From Cyanidioschyzon merolae (lineage: Eukaryota): a stretch of 64,000 bases of DNA. Position 1 is the first letter of the stretch, and every line of letters begins with the position of its first letter. Under the pieces are notes generated by a model, which saw only the letters and a program-made list of their open reading frames with translations, searched no databases and was not told where the DNA came from. Both the position numbers and the translations under genes were made by a program. The DNA is taken from NCBI GenBank assembly GCA_000091205.1, contig AP006492.2; one strand, given 5' to 3'. Of this stretch, positions 1 through 10,234 are shown in pieces.

Positions 1-1107
1 TTGAGCGGGGCGTTCGAGTCTCGGCGCCGAAAGTACGTGTACGCCAAACTGTTGCTGGCGGAATCACAACGTCGCAAGCAACGCCCTTGTGATTGCCCCA
101 GTATCTGGGGTTGCGTCAGCGAACCGAGCACCATACAGTGCATCCGGCTCTGTGCAACGCTCTTGTTCTCTATCTTGCTCAGCGTGCGCCTGCGCTCATG
201 ATACCTGTATGTAGTCTTGGAGGCCCGTCGATGCGCATCGCAGCAGCTCAATGCCTGGACCCGGTCGAGGCTCCATACAAGGATCGGAGGCAGCGCCTTT
301 CCGCACGAGCGTACGTCCAGCAGCGTGGGCTACCGTCGAGCGACTCGCTGACCAGTGATTTGCGTATCTGACTCATCGGAGAAGAGGGATGGTGCACGCT
401 TCTCGCATCGGTGCAAGTGAGGCCGTCGGCGACCCCAGCACCGGCTCATGTGCGTTTGCCAAAGCGTATCCGCGTGAGTCGTTCGTGGCGGCCCGTATAC
501 GTTGCGCGTGAAGCGTAGAAAGCACACGTCGCTGCTCGATACGGTGCATAGCGCATCGAGACGAGCCCAGACGCTGTCTTTCGACTTGTCGGTATGCCTG
601 CTGGCGTCATTGGTGCCCGGATCCCGACAATACCGCGCCCTGGAAGAGCTGAGCAGCTTCATCCGCTCTCCGTTCATGTCTCTCGCGCCGTCGTCCTGTT
701 TAGAGGTACGGCAACCGCGGTGACGCCTTTCAAACTGGAATCCACGCTCTCCACAACCTCGCTCCCTCTGCTTGCCTTGAACGGTCGCAAGAGCGAGCCT
801 GGTATCTCGAAACAGGTCTAGGTTTTACAACGTGCGTTCAGCTGGGTATGCCGTCGCTCTCCGTGGACCCTGTGAAACTCGAGTCCATCTCCTCGCTACA
901 GACGAGAAACCAGGAACGCGATGCACCAGTGTCCTCGCGAAGCTCCTGAAGCGCTGCCTACTTGTACGCGTGAACCAGCTGTACCTCATTGTAGCGCCCA
1001 TCCAGTACACGAATTTGTGTCTATGGTGATCGCTTGGGCCTCGATGTGGTACATGGAGCCACCATCGAACAGACGCTTCGTGTGTCGAGGGCGCTCGCAT
1101 ACAACCA

Positions 1108-1262
1108 GCTAGTCTGCTCTGTTCTGCTCTGTTGTGTTCTGCTCTGTTGTGTTCTGCTCTGCCCTGCTCTGCTCTGCTCTGCCCTGCTCTGCTCTGCTCT
1201 GCTCTGTTCTGCTCTGTTCTGCTCTGTTCTGCTCTGTTCTGCTCTGTTCTGCTCTGCTCTGA
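1108..1262. repeat. Compound microsatellite (CTGCTCTG/CTGTTCTG)n inside IR arm A
   Basis: Direct reading: ctgctctgttctgctctgttgtgttctg... for about 155 bp. It gives low-complexity ORFs in all frames ([11 protein letters not shown] / [10 protein letters not shown]). Confidence 0.85.
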
Positions 1263-1644
1263 CAAGCATGACTGGCGAATACGCGGAAGCGCAAGATATA
1301 ACGACGGCTGGCACACATCAGGTTCCGAACTTGCTGTGGGTATGACGTGTGTCGCTCCGAGGCCGACAACTACACGATGCGCTTCGACGACCTGAAGCGA
1401 CGCTCGCGCTCGATGCCACGTCTATGCTGTTTTGCATGGCGTCCTGTTTCTTACTTCTTTTATCTAAAAATAGGCCTTGACAATGGTTTCAGGCTGGGTT
1501 TTCGGCTCCGACGGGTTTCGCATCCGGTCCGTCCTCGTTCTCTGTGTCCAGTGCGTGCATCGCCTTGTTGCGGACTCGGCGCGGGCGCCTAGGTATGGTC
1601 GCGATACTCTGTGGCCGGTTTTTCCGGGGGATTCACTCATGCAA

Positions 1645-1662
1645 ACACACACACACACACAC
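1645..1662. repeat. (AC)9 dinucleotide microsatellite in IR arm A
   Basis: acacacacacacacacac read directly. Confidence 0.9.
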
Positions 1663-2571
1663 TGGGTGGACGGCGGTACTGAAACTCATCTTGTCTATGA
1701 ACGCATTTGCGATTCCTCAGGTACGTCCTCGTCTGCTTCTCAGTTGCGAGCATATCCACACGCCGCCGAGCGCCTTTCCGCACCCTCCCCTATAAACAAA
1801 ATCAGCGAAGCAGCAGCAAAGTCTCCTTGAGTGAGACGACCAACCTTATCTTCCCTCCTGTAATGAGCGTTCGCTGCCAAGTACGAAATCGATCGCGTGT
1901 CTTGTTCAACGCGCGACGGTCTCTTGTACATGTGCACGTTTTTTGCAGAGTCCATGCACGTCTCTTCATAGCCGTTTGCATCAGCGGTCCGGAAACGTCA
2001 TATCCTGCTGCTTCCTCGGTCGTATCTCTTAGAGAACGTACGCTGCGGAATGTTTCGACGAGGAGACGATCGTGCGGTTACACTTTGACATGTTGTGTTT
2101 TGGGCGCACAGCGTTCAGGATACGGTCGACGCGTACCATGGTGCAGTCACCTGCTCGCAGCAGAATCACTGACCCGCGCAACGAAACCCATTTTTCGCAA
2201 GCGAGCAGTAACGTCAGCAAGACTTTCCGTGAGCTCAGTCCATTCTACAGGACACTTGGCTTTTGTTGAATACCCGCAAGGAAAACGAAAAAAACAAAAA
2301 GACGTGCTGGCTAATGTGTGCCCGCATTGAAGACGCAGAGTTAACACCCAGATTGTTGTCGCGATAGTGCCTGCCCGAGACGAGCGCTCGTGCACTATGC
2401 GGCTGGAGCTGCGACTGTACCAAAGAGAGAGTGGAATTCGTTTACTCCTTCGACGATGGGTTTAAAGAGCACCGCTAGAAAACACAGTCGATCGGCCATG
2501 CAACACGATTCGCGCTGTGCTTGAACCAGACCAGGGTGCAAGGACGCTCAACCATTGGCAAACCGATCGTA

Positions 2572-3216
2572 TCACTGCGCGGTAACGGGCGGCGTCGGCA
2601 GCGGGCCATGCGGGCGGATCAACTTCACGTTACCGCCATCCTCAATCAGCTTTCCTTCCGCTCGTAGCTTTTCGTACTCTTCACGTGTGAAGCGCGTAAA
2701 GCCCCAGTATCGCGACACGTAAATACGCTGGCGTCCAGGGAACTTGTACTTGCTGCGTCTGAGTGCTTCCTTCGCTGCCTCTACGTGTTGCTCTTTCACG
2801 CGCACGCTCATGAGAATCTGTCCGATATCGACTCGAGCGACGGTGCCTTGAGGCTTCCCAAAAGCGCCCCGCATACCGGTTTGCAGGCGATCAGCGCCTG
2901 CACAGGACAACATTTTGTTGATGCGGATCACGTGGAACGGGTGAACACGCACCCGTAGGTGAAATCCATCTTTCCCAGCAGTCGCAGTCAAGTACTTGTT
3001 GGCAGCAACTCGGGCTGCTTCGAGTGCTTCACTTGACAGCTGCTCCCGCTCGTCGGAGACCAGGTTCACACAAAAGGGCAACTCGTCCGTAGCGGCCTTC
3101 TTTCGCCCCAAGTCGAAGATGCGGATCTTAGGGTCCGGCACACCTCGACAGTAGCGCGACTTGGGGTATGGCTTATTCTTGCAATAGCGGTAACAACGAG
3201 CAGGGCGCCGACCCAT
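2572..3216 (-). CDS. RPL10: 60S ribosomal protein L10 (uL16), 214 aa, single exon
   Basis: Translation [41 protein letters not shown]...[21 protein letters not shown] is the highly conserved eukaryotic L10/uL16 sequence. Full-length ORF. Confidence 0.93.
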   Translation of the reverse strand: MGRRPARCYRYCKNKPYPKSRYCRGVPDPKIRIFDLGRKKAATDELPFCVNLVSDEREQLSSEALEAARVAANKYLTATAGKDGFHLRVRVHPFHVIRINKMLSCAGADRLQTGMRGAFGKPQGTVARVDIGQILMSVRVKEQHVEAAKEALRRSKYKFPGRQRIYVSRYWGFTRFTREEYEKLRAEGKLIEDGGNVKLIRPHGPLPTPPVTAQ

Positions 3217-3714
3217 GGTGAAGGTATGCTCCTAAGAACCCGACAATACGCTTCGCGACGCTCGAACCAGGAAAAGCGTGCGTTCGTATCGCTGGGAGTC
3301 GCCGCGGCGCATCGATTCCGTTTTGTACAGGATGTGGATCGATATGCGCGCGGCGCCACGGCGACGCGGGGTCGTCATCGTGCCGAACGTGTGCATCCTC
3401 TGAAATATGTCCGTTAAGTACAGAAAAAGACAGATCGTTGCGACGGCTGCAGAAGCACATCGCGCAGGGCGGTGCCATGTACGTAACGTCCTTTTACGGA
3501 AGATAAGTACAATATAGTACAATATGTTACAGGCCTGGCGGGATATCGACGGCGTGCACTGCGCTCGTAGCGCCGACGCTGCAACCAGCGACCCTGTTGA
3601 CGTCCCCTGTACGCACCGAAGCGCTCACGAGGTCTGTGGGGCGTTCGTGTAGGTCCTAGGGCGCCTGTGTGTGTCTCTGTGTTCTGACGTTACGTTTAGC
3701 CGCAAACAGGCACG
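3217..3714. promoter_or_regulatory. Putative bidirectional promoter region shared by the divergently transcribed RPL10 and RPL15 genes
   Basis: A 498 bp spacer lies between two head-to-head ribosomal-protein CDSs. It has a local AT-rich patch (tacagaaaaagacag..., tacaatatagtacaatatgttacag). This is inferred from arrangement only. Confidence 0.4.
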
Positions 3715-4332
3715 ATGGGCGCATACAAATACCTTCAAGAGCTTTGGCGTAAGAAGCAGTCGGAAGCGCTGCGCTTTCTTCAACGAGTACGAGCCTGGGA
3801 GTACCGCCAGCGCCCGACAGTGCACCGGGCGACACGGCCGTCACGCCCGGACAAAGCGCGCCGCCTGGGGTACCGGGCGAAACAAGGATATGTGATCTAC
3901 CGGGTGCGGGTGCGTCGAGGCGGACGAAAACGTCCTGTTCCGAAAGGCATTCAGTATGGGAAACCAAAGCACCAGGGAATAACGCAACTCAAGTTTCAGC
4001 GCAATAAGCGCTCGGTCGCGGAGGAACGCGTAGGACGTAAGATCTGCGCGAACTTGCGCGTGCTGAACTCATATTGGATTAACGAGGACGCGCTTTACAA
4101 GTATTACGAAGTTATTTTGATTGATCCGAACCACAACGCTATTCGTCGTGACCCTCGAATCAACTGGATCTGCCGCCCGACCATGAAACACCGTGAACTG
4201 CGCGGCCTGACCAGCGCTGGAAGAAAAGGAAGGGGCCTGCACCGCAAGGGCCATTTGGTCAACAAAGCTCGTCCAAGTGTACGTAGCGTCTGGAAGCGCC
4301 ACAACACTCTCTCTCTTAGACGCTACCGTTAA
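3715..4332 (+). CDS. RPL15: 60S ribosomal protein L15e, 205 aa, single exon
   Basis: [32 protein letters not shown]...[21 protein letters not shown] matches the eL15 family end to end. Confidence 0.93.
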   Translation: MGAYKYLQELWRKKQSEALRFLQRVRAWEYRQRPTVHRATRPSRPDKARRLGYRAKQGYVIYRVRVRRGGRKRPVPKGIQYGKPKHQGITQLKFQRNKRSVAEERVGRKICANLRVLNSYWINEDALYKYYEVILIDPNHNAIRRDPRINWICRPTMKHRELRGLTSAGRKGRGLHRKGHLVNKARPSVRSVWKRHNTLSLRRYR

Positions 4333-4350
4333 GCGTAGTGCCACTCAGCC

Positions 4351-4764
4351 TCACTTGGCTGATGGCGCAGGTGTCGAGCCTTGTCCTCGTAGACGCACGC
4401 CTAGCGCTTTCTCCATCTTGTTGATGATAACGGGGTTTGGTGGAACCGCTGCGCGCTCGTAGTCGTTCACTACTCTGGCGCGTTCTCCAATGGCCTGGGC
4501 AAGCTGGGTCTGCGTCCAGCCCTTCTGCTGCCGTGCCTGTTGAATCCGCTTAGCAAGACTTAAAGGCACACTCTGCAGACGTTCAGGTTCGTGCGCCTCG
4601 TCTAAACGTTTTGCGTTCGGAACGAGGTTCTTCTTATTGCTTCCGGCTCCAAACTTCTTCTCAGCTGCAGCGCCTGTAATAGGTCCCGTCAAGCTCTGGG
4701 AGGACACCTGGTTTCTCTTGGCTCGGGGGTTTATCACCACTTCCTTCCAGTCCTGAGTTTCCAT
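4351..4764 (-). CDS. MBF1: Multiprotein-bridging factor 1 (MBF1, HTH_3/XRE domain), about 137 aa from the internal ATG; the ORF is open upstream to 4986
   Basis: METQDWKEVVINPRAK...LSLAKRIQQARQQKGWTQTQLAQAIGERARVVNDYERAAVPPNPVIINKMEKALGVRLRG aligns with MBF1/EDF1 (DWDTVTVLRKK...[51 protein letters not shown]). The ATG at 4762-4764 (- strand) matches the MBF1 N-terminus. Confidence 0.8.
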   Translation of the reverse strand: METQDWKEVVINPRAKRNQVSSQSLTGPITGAAAEKKFGAGSNKKNLVPNAKRLDEAHEPERLQSVPLSLAKRIQQARQQKGWTQTQLAQAIGERARVVNDYERAAVPPNPVIINKMEKALGVRLRGQGSTPAPSAK

Positions 4765-4918
4765 CGGTTTCGCACGCTCTAAGAAAAAAATACTCCAGAA
4801 CAGGAGAGCTTTAACTGCTTTTGTTGCGACAACTTCTGCTGCCGCTTTGCTACGCGCGAGAACGGCGATCGCGGGCGCTCCTGGAAGCGTCTCGCGCAGC
4901 GTCTCAGATTGTGTACCT

Positions 4919-4994
4919 TTTTCAGTTCGCTTTTCAGTTCGCTTTTCAGTTCGCTTTTCAGTTCGCTTTTCAGTTCGCTTTTCCATTTCGCTTT
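4919..4994. repeat. 12-bp tandem repeat (tcagttcgcttt)x6, in frame with and upstream of MBF1 (would encode (EKRT)n)
   Basis: Direct reading: ttcagttcgcttttcagttcgcttttcagttcgc... Confidence 0.85.
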
Positions 4995-6150
4995 TCAGCT
5001 CTTTTCTGGTGAGGTGTGAGGTTTCTTCACGAATAAGTAGTTTTTTGGACTAGGTCTCCGCAGCCGCACTCTCAGGTATCTGCTATTGATTTCTCGTTAT
5101 ATAACAGAGGAAAAGCTCTGCTTTCCTTATACTCTATTTCTCTTTCCGTCCTTATACGGAATTGTTCTCGAGTGCACGCTATAGCATCATCGTTTGGGAA
5201 CTCGGACGCTACGCCCAAGGAGGTGTCTTCGCTGAGCGAGGTAGCGTACGGTACGCATCCCTGTGTATGGTTTTTCCAGAGTCGCGGAGAAGATCGTTCG
5301 CCTGATCCGTATCAGGCCCGAATCTAAAAGATGCACGTTGGTCGTTGGCTATTGATCGACGCTGAAATGTTATGCCAACGCTTCCCTCTTGCCACGAACT
5401 GCGTGCTTCGAAGCGTCACCCGGGATTCGAGCTGTCGCGCGCTACCAGCACGCTTGTTATTTTAGCGCACATCACATGGCTTCTAGCATGAGGCGCGGCT
5501 ATGAGGTCGAACGCGATATCATCGCGACAGGCGCTTGCGTTATGATATGCGATTAGGGACGAGCGTTTCCCGGGTTTGCGGCTTCTGAGATTCAGTCAAG
5601 GTCTTTACAGTGCGTAGAACTGTGCGGGTGTCAGAGCTGCAGTATCGTCTCGGTACTGGTCGATATCGAGGTTCGGCCGCCGTCCATCAGGTACAACGCA
5701 CTGGTGCAGCCGACTGCAAATGGCAGTTTCCAGCGATCAGGTGTAATGCATTTGTGCAGTCCACTGTGAAATGCGAGGTCGAGCGAACTTTGCACTTTGA
5801 AACAGCTTATCTTCCATTTGAGAAGCAGACTGCGTTTTAGGACAGATCTTGCGTCACACACACGCGTGATACGGGCATACGGAGCGCCCATGCTGTTCCG
5901 TTCCACGCGCCTAACCGAACAACTTATGGTAAAACGCTTCTGTATCGCCGGAAGTGAGGCTCCGATAAGCGTAGACTGCCAGTCTACCGCAGCGTCCAAC
6001 ATAACCCCAAACCTGTTTGAAAAATTGCACAGGGTTGGGCGCGTAGGCGGCATGTGTTGCAAGCAACCTGAAGCGTACAAACAGATTCGACTAGAATTCA
6101 TAGCTTTAAACCGTGTACGACATATTTTGCGTACCCCGCGTGCCCGCGCG

Positions 6151-8430
6151 TTAACGATAGGTACTCGATGATGATGATGATGGTGGTGGTGGTGGTGGTG
6201 GCGGCGGCTGTCGCCCTTGCAGGGCGCCAGACCAGGGACCCTGTGCTCCCGACTGCACCATTCCTTGGCGTGCTACGCCCTGCGAACCAGAGGAAAACTG
6301 CTGCTGCTGCTGCTGCTGCTGCTGTTGAGCAACCAGCGGCGGCGGTGGCACAATAGGCGCGCCGGTACCCGCGTGTGCCATCGAGGAGCTCCATGGATGG
6401 CCCGCTTGACCGATAGGATACGGCATTGACGCACTCGGCAGCGACTGTGCACCAGAAGTCATCGTCGTCGTCGTCGTCATCGGTGGCGGCAGCGGAGGCG
6501 CGCCTCCCGAATACATGGATGCAGCACTCACTCGAGGCGACGCCGGAACCTGCGACCTTGGTACAGCAGGCGCCTGCTGCGGAGCGTGCAGGGCAGTTGA
6601 TCCACTTCGAGACATCGGGGGAGGCTGCGGCCTCATAAGCGGCGATGTCAGTGACGACTGCGGAGCTTGTCCAGCAAAAGCACCCGCATTGCTCTGCACA
6701 GGAGTGGCTATTCCCGGTAAAGGCGGAGGCGGCGCTGGTCTAACGGGTGGCGCTGCCGGCGACGGTGGCGGTTGCGGAAACGCACCCACCTGTGCGGCAC
6801 CATAGGCGGGCGGTGCTCGCTGGGTGCTGTTTGGCGAGAATGCCGCTGGCGCTGGAGGCACGCTACGCTCCATGCCGCTCGCGTTCGAGGCCAAGCCCGG
6901 GGGCAAACCTCTGGCACCAGAGGCGGCAGCGTTCATAGCGTAAACACTCGTCGTTCCAGGTGGCGGTGGCATGATCCCTGCCGCAGGAACGAAGGACCCC
7001 GACGTCCGTGCGCCCGCGACAGGTACTTGATTCGTCGCGGCAACCTGCGACGTCACAGAGGCAGGAGGCATACCTGGGAACCTCGCACCTGCACCAGCGA
7101 AACTGGAGTCGAAACCCGAACGCACCAGATTGCCTGCACCTGGGTGTGATCCAGGCGATACCGCTGGCGACATGTGTGCCAACTGCGGTGTTACCGGTCC
7201 ACTGGGGGCCCTCTGCCGCAGCGACGCCGGCACACTACCAGCAGATGCAGTAGACGCCGTGGCAGCGGAGCCCAGTTCCTGCTGTGCTTGTGCGCGTTCC
7301 CGGTCACGAATCGCTTGCGCTCCAGCCTCCGATGCCTCGGCGATCTGCTTCCACTCGCCTGAAGGCAGCTGCCTCCAGAGAGATACCGTCTGATCGCCAC
7401 AGGATACAGCGAGAAACAGACCTGCGGTGCTCCAGCTGAGGCCCCAACATGGTGCCTTGAAGCGTGGTAGCTCTACATAGCTCCACTGACCGCCGTCGTG
7501 CTTCGCTGCCTCTCCATGAGCTCCACTCGGTACACGCCGCCAGATGAGCACTCGGCCGTCTTGACCTGCGGATGCGAGGACTTGACCAGCACTGCGACTT
7601 GGGCACCAGGCCACCGCACGTACCCAGTCGGTATGACCTGGGAGTTCTCCGCTTCGGGGCGAGGACACGCCGTCGCCTTCGATGCGCCAACACTCGGAGG
7701 ATGCATCGTAGATCCATATCCGTACCAGGTGGTCGCAACCACCGGTGGCAAGGCGCATCGGTGACCAAGTGCCCGCTGCGTCAGCGGCCTGCTCAGCGAG
7801 CGTGCTGTTTATATTGCCGGCAGGTGCCCAGGATAAGCAGGTCGCTCCGAGCTTGTGCGCGATGCCAGTTGCGGGATCAGCAACCCATTCGACCCGCCAA
7901 CTTCCGTCGCGCTCATCGCGTCGACAGACGGAAACGCGACCGTCTGAGGCAGCACACGCCAGCGTGAGACCATATTCCGGGGGCGCGAAAGCCACCGCGT
8001 TCACGGAAGCCGGTTCATGTGCCCGGTGTTCGTAAATAGGTTGCAGCAGGGGTCCTGGAGTCGGTCGTGAGCGCGCCCCGCCCGGCCAAGCAGCAGGCGG
8101 AGGCTCCTGCTCCGCCCATACGATCACGCGACCATCAAAGCCACAGGACGCTAGAACTGTTCCAAAGCACGGGTGCGCCCAGGAAACCTGCCATACAGGG
8201 CCACTTGTGCTCGCTTGCACCTCGCTTACGAGTCGTGCGGAACTCAAGGCACCACTCCCTAAACCAGCGTTGCTGCAGTCAAACACTTTGATTTTACCGT
8301 CTGCCGCACACGTCGCCAGTCTTTTACCATAAAAGTCAAACTGGAGGTCCAAGATGCGGTCATTATGTTGTGTCTCTATGAAAAGCTTCGGCACAATGAG
8401 CGCGCCTTCAAGAGCAGAGTCTTCCGTCAT
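6151..8430 (-). CDS. SEC13: Sec13-like WD40 protein (COPII / nuclear pore component) with a C-terminal Pro/Ala/Ser/Gln-rich extension of about 430 aa; 759 aa ORF
   Basis: The N-terminal 300 aa (ILDLQFDFYGKRLATCAADGKIKVFD, SGPVWQVSWAHPCFGTVLASCGFDGRVIVW) closely match Sec13 ([50 protein letters not shown]). The ORF then stays open through 1.35 kb of low-complexity P/Q-rich codons, far longer than chance allows at this GC content. Confidence 0.75.
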   Translation of the reverse strand: MTEDSALEGALIVPKLFIETQHNDRILDLQFDFYGKRLATCAADGKIKVFDCSNAGLGSGALSSARLVSEVQASTSGPVWQVSWAHPCFGTVLASCGFDGRVIVWAEQEPPPAAWPGGARSRPTPGPLLQPIYEHRAHEPASVNAVAFAPPEYGLTLACAASDGRVSVCRRDERDGSWRVEWVADPATGIAHKLGATCLSWAPAGNINSTLAEQAADAAGTWSPMRLATGGCDHLVRIWIYDASSECWRIEGDGVSSPRSGELPGHTDWVRAVAWCPSRSAGQVLASAGQDGRVLIWRRVPSGAHGEAAKHDGGQWSYVELPRFKAPCWGLSWSTAGLFLAVSCGDQTVSLWRQLPSGEWKQIAEASEAGAQAIRDRERAQAQQELGSAATASTASAGSVPASLRQRAPSGPVTPQLAHMSPAVSPGSHPGAGNLVRSGFDSSFAGAGARFPGMPPASVTSQVAATNQVPVAGARTSGSFVPAAGIMPPPPGTTSVYAMNAAASGARGLPPGLASNASGMERSVPPAPAAFSPNSTQRAPPAYGAAQVGAFPQPPPSPAAPPVRPAPPPPLPGIATPVQSNAGAFAGQAPQSSLTSPLMRPQPPPMSRSGSTALHAPQQAPAVPRSQVPASPRVSAASMYSGGAPPLPPPMTTTTTMTSGAQSLPSASMPYPIGQAGHPWSSSMAHAGTGAPIVPPPPLVAQQQQQQQQQQFSSGSQGVARQGMVQSGAQGPWSGALQGRQPPPPPPPPPSSSSSSTYR
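6298..6326. repeat. (CTG)n trinucleotide repeat encoding polyQ on the - strand, within the Sec13-like tail
   Basis: ctgctgctgctgctgctgctgctg read directly; gives QQQQQQQQQQQ in the 759 aa ORF. Confidence 0.85.
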
Positions 8431-9507
8431 AGCTAGTTGTCGTTGTTGAAACGACGTAGGCGGTGCCGAAACGGCCGTCAGGTACGCCGCACTGCTGGTT
8501 CGACGTCGGCGGCTTTGGCTGCGTTTTCAACCGCTGCTTCCCGAACGCCCCGTTCGGGAGGAGGATACGAACGTTCCCTCGGTACCCTGGAGGTACACGG
8601 TAAAGCAACCGTAGCGAACAGTGTTGAGCGCTGCTTGAAAGTACTGCTAGGATAGTGCTGTGTCCCGGTTTGGTGTTGGACGCGAGGGTAGCTTTGCGCT
8701 ATTGACGCTAGGCTCAGAACGTCCACTCTTGTTCGTTTCCGAGAGATCACTGACACTGCTACGGAACAGGAGCTGTTCAAAACTTCCGGAACGCTCGTGT
8801 CAAAGAGACTTGCGTCTGCTCGACCGCGCAGAAGTGGACACTGCTGGGAGTTACTGATTGAAAGGCTTCGGACTTGCCCGGTTCACAACTGAAAGGATCT
8901 GTCTTGAGCGACAAGCTGCCCATTAACGAGCGTAGCTCCCCGCTATTCAACTACTTGCAAGGCAAAGAAGCGCCTCCCCTCTTTTCGAGACAGTGCGTGT
9001 GTGCGTGCTTGATTCCTTGTTTCAGAACGTGCGCAGCTCTCTTGTTCCAGGACTGAAACGAAAGACTGCACCGCGGCATACCACTGTATCAGCTTTTACC
9101 TTTGGACCAAGCTCGCAGCCTGATTTGCAAAACTTGCCAAATCTTTCGTCCTATTCCGTCCCATACGCAGTGCATACGAGTTTTGATCGAGTCTAGTTCG
9201 ACAGTGTCGAGTTCCGCGCGCTTCGCGTACGTGCGGTGTCCCTAGAAATTGCTGGCACGAGAGAAGACCTGCCTGCGATAGTTTCGGTGCAAAAGTGCCC
9301 GTGCGTGCCAACAGAACGGGCAGTTCAGTCTGCTGCGACTGCGTACAACTTGTAGTCTCTCTGGTGCAAAAAGTCGCCCGCTCACACGCAAAACTGCAGC
9401 GAGCGCGCTGCGAAGGCCGCAGCACATCGACCCTGGCGCGTAGCAGTGACTTGCTGGCGGCTCTTTTGTCATTATCGCTTTGTTCGCTCGTTCAGGTTCT
9501 TTTCGAG

Positions 9508-10035
9508 ATGACGTTACCCGACGCCTTTGGCATATTTTGTATTTCACTCATTGCGTCATTGGTTTCAGAGTATTTGCTATATCTCACCGTCTATCGCAGA
9601 CAAAGTTTCCGGAACGATCGAGATGAGCTCATCGCCTTGCAGCGGAAATTGCACCAGGAGGAGCATCGCATTGTGCGGGCTGATCGGAAACCGCTCCACG
9701 AGCGACGCATTGCATCCCTGGAGAGAACCCTGCAGGAGACGTATGCGCGAGCGAGTCGGCGGAAAATGTGGATGAACCTTGCGATTTCCATCTTTTACTT
9801 CTTCGTTTATCGCGCAGTTCACCGAACGTATTCTGGTCGAGCTGTCGCCGCGCTTCCGTTTGAACCCATTCCAGCAGTACGTCGAATCACTCATCGAGAC
9901 GTCCCCGGGGATCATCCTCGAGAGACTGGCCTTGCTTTCATTTATATGCTGTGTTCTATGACGTTGCGCGTTTTTATCGGGCGCGTTAGTGGCCATGATT
10001 TACCACCCGTAGTCGCGCGCCGCTTGTCCAAGTAG
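9508..10035 (+). CDS. TMCO1: TMCO1-like ER membrane protein (Oxa1/YidC superfamily; DUF841), about 175 aa from the internal ATG
   Basis: MWMNLAISIFYFFVYRAVHRTYSGRAVAALPFEPIPAVRRITHRDVPGDHPRETGLAFIYMLCSMTLRVFIGRVSG aligns with human TMCO1 (MFAIGFCFTALMGMFNSIFDGRVVAKLPFTPLSYIQGLSHRNLLGDDTTDCSFIFLYILCTMSIRQNIQKILGL). It has an N-terminal TM helix, a coiled coil, then the conserved block. Confidence 0.72.
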   Translation: MTLPDAFGIFCISLIASLVSEYLLYLTVYRRQSFRNDRDELIALQRKLHQEEHRIVRADRKPLHERRIASLERTLQETYARASRRKMWMNLAISIFYFFVYRAVHRTYSGRAVAALPFEPIPAVRRITHRDVPGDHPRETGLAFIYMLCSMTLRVFIGRVSGHDLPPVVARRLSK

Positions 10036-10234
10036 GAACGTGCGCATAGGTTCACGCCTGCGAGCGAGCGAGCGAGCGCAAAGTCGCACGATTTCTACTG
10101 CCCGGACGCGCAGTTTGCTGGGTCCGGAGCACCTGCCTCGGATCTCGTGTGCTATGTTGCGCATACGCTGTTTACCAAGGCAACTGGTCGTGACTCGAAC
10201 TTTGCTTGCTGCACCGTAGCCTCGAGGCGTTGAG

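Larger units (their letters stand above)
1..2297. repeat. Inverted-repeat arm A (left copy, truncated by the window start), partner of 16350..18656
   Basis: ORF-track peptides from 1..2330 on + (for example MSGAFESRRRKYVYAKLL..., MRFLRYVLVCFSVASIST...) recur almost identically on the - strand at 16322..18746. Nucleotide comparison places the inner breakpoint at about 2290-2297, after ...gaaaacga, where the two copies diverge. Confidence 0.85.

Noticed and set aside
825-2330. Several 80-200 aa ORFs inside the inverted-repeat arms (825..1316 -, 1034..1345 +, 1707..2330 +, and their mirrors 16360..17831)
   Set aside because: They are driven by microsatellites ([21 protein letters not shown]) or have no recognisable family. 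They are mirrored simply because the DNA is duplicated. Not called as genes.
5620-5680. Short match (gcagtatcgt ... cgaggtt) to the 5' stem-loop region of U4 snRNA, in the MBF1-Sec13 intergenic region
   Set aside because: Only a 10-mer plus a few scattered identities. No Sm site, no 3' stem, and no convincing k-turn context. Too weak to call an snRNA gene.
5631-6171. Overlapping ORFs 5631..6101 (-) and 5797..6171 (+) in the 1.1 kb MBF1-Sec13 spacer
   Set aside because: No homology, mutually overlapping on opposite strands, average composition. Treated as intergenic or promoter sequence.
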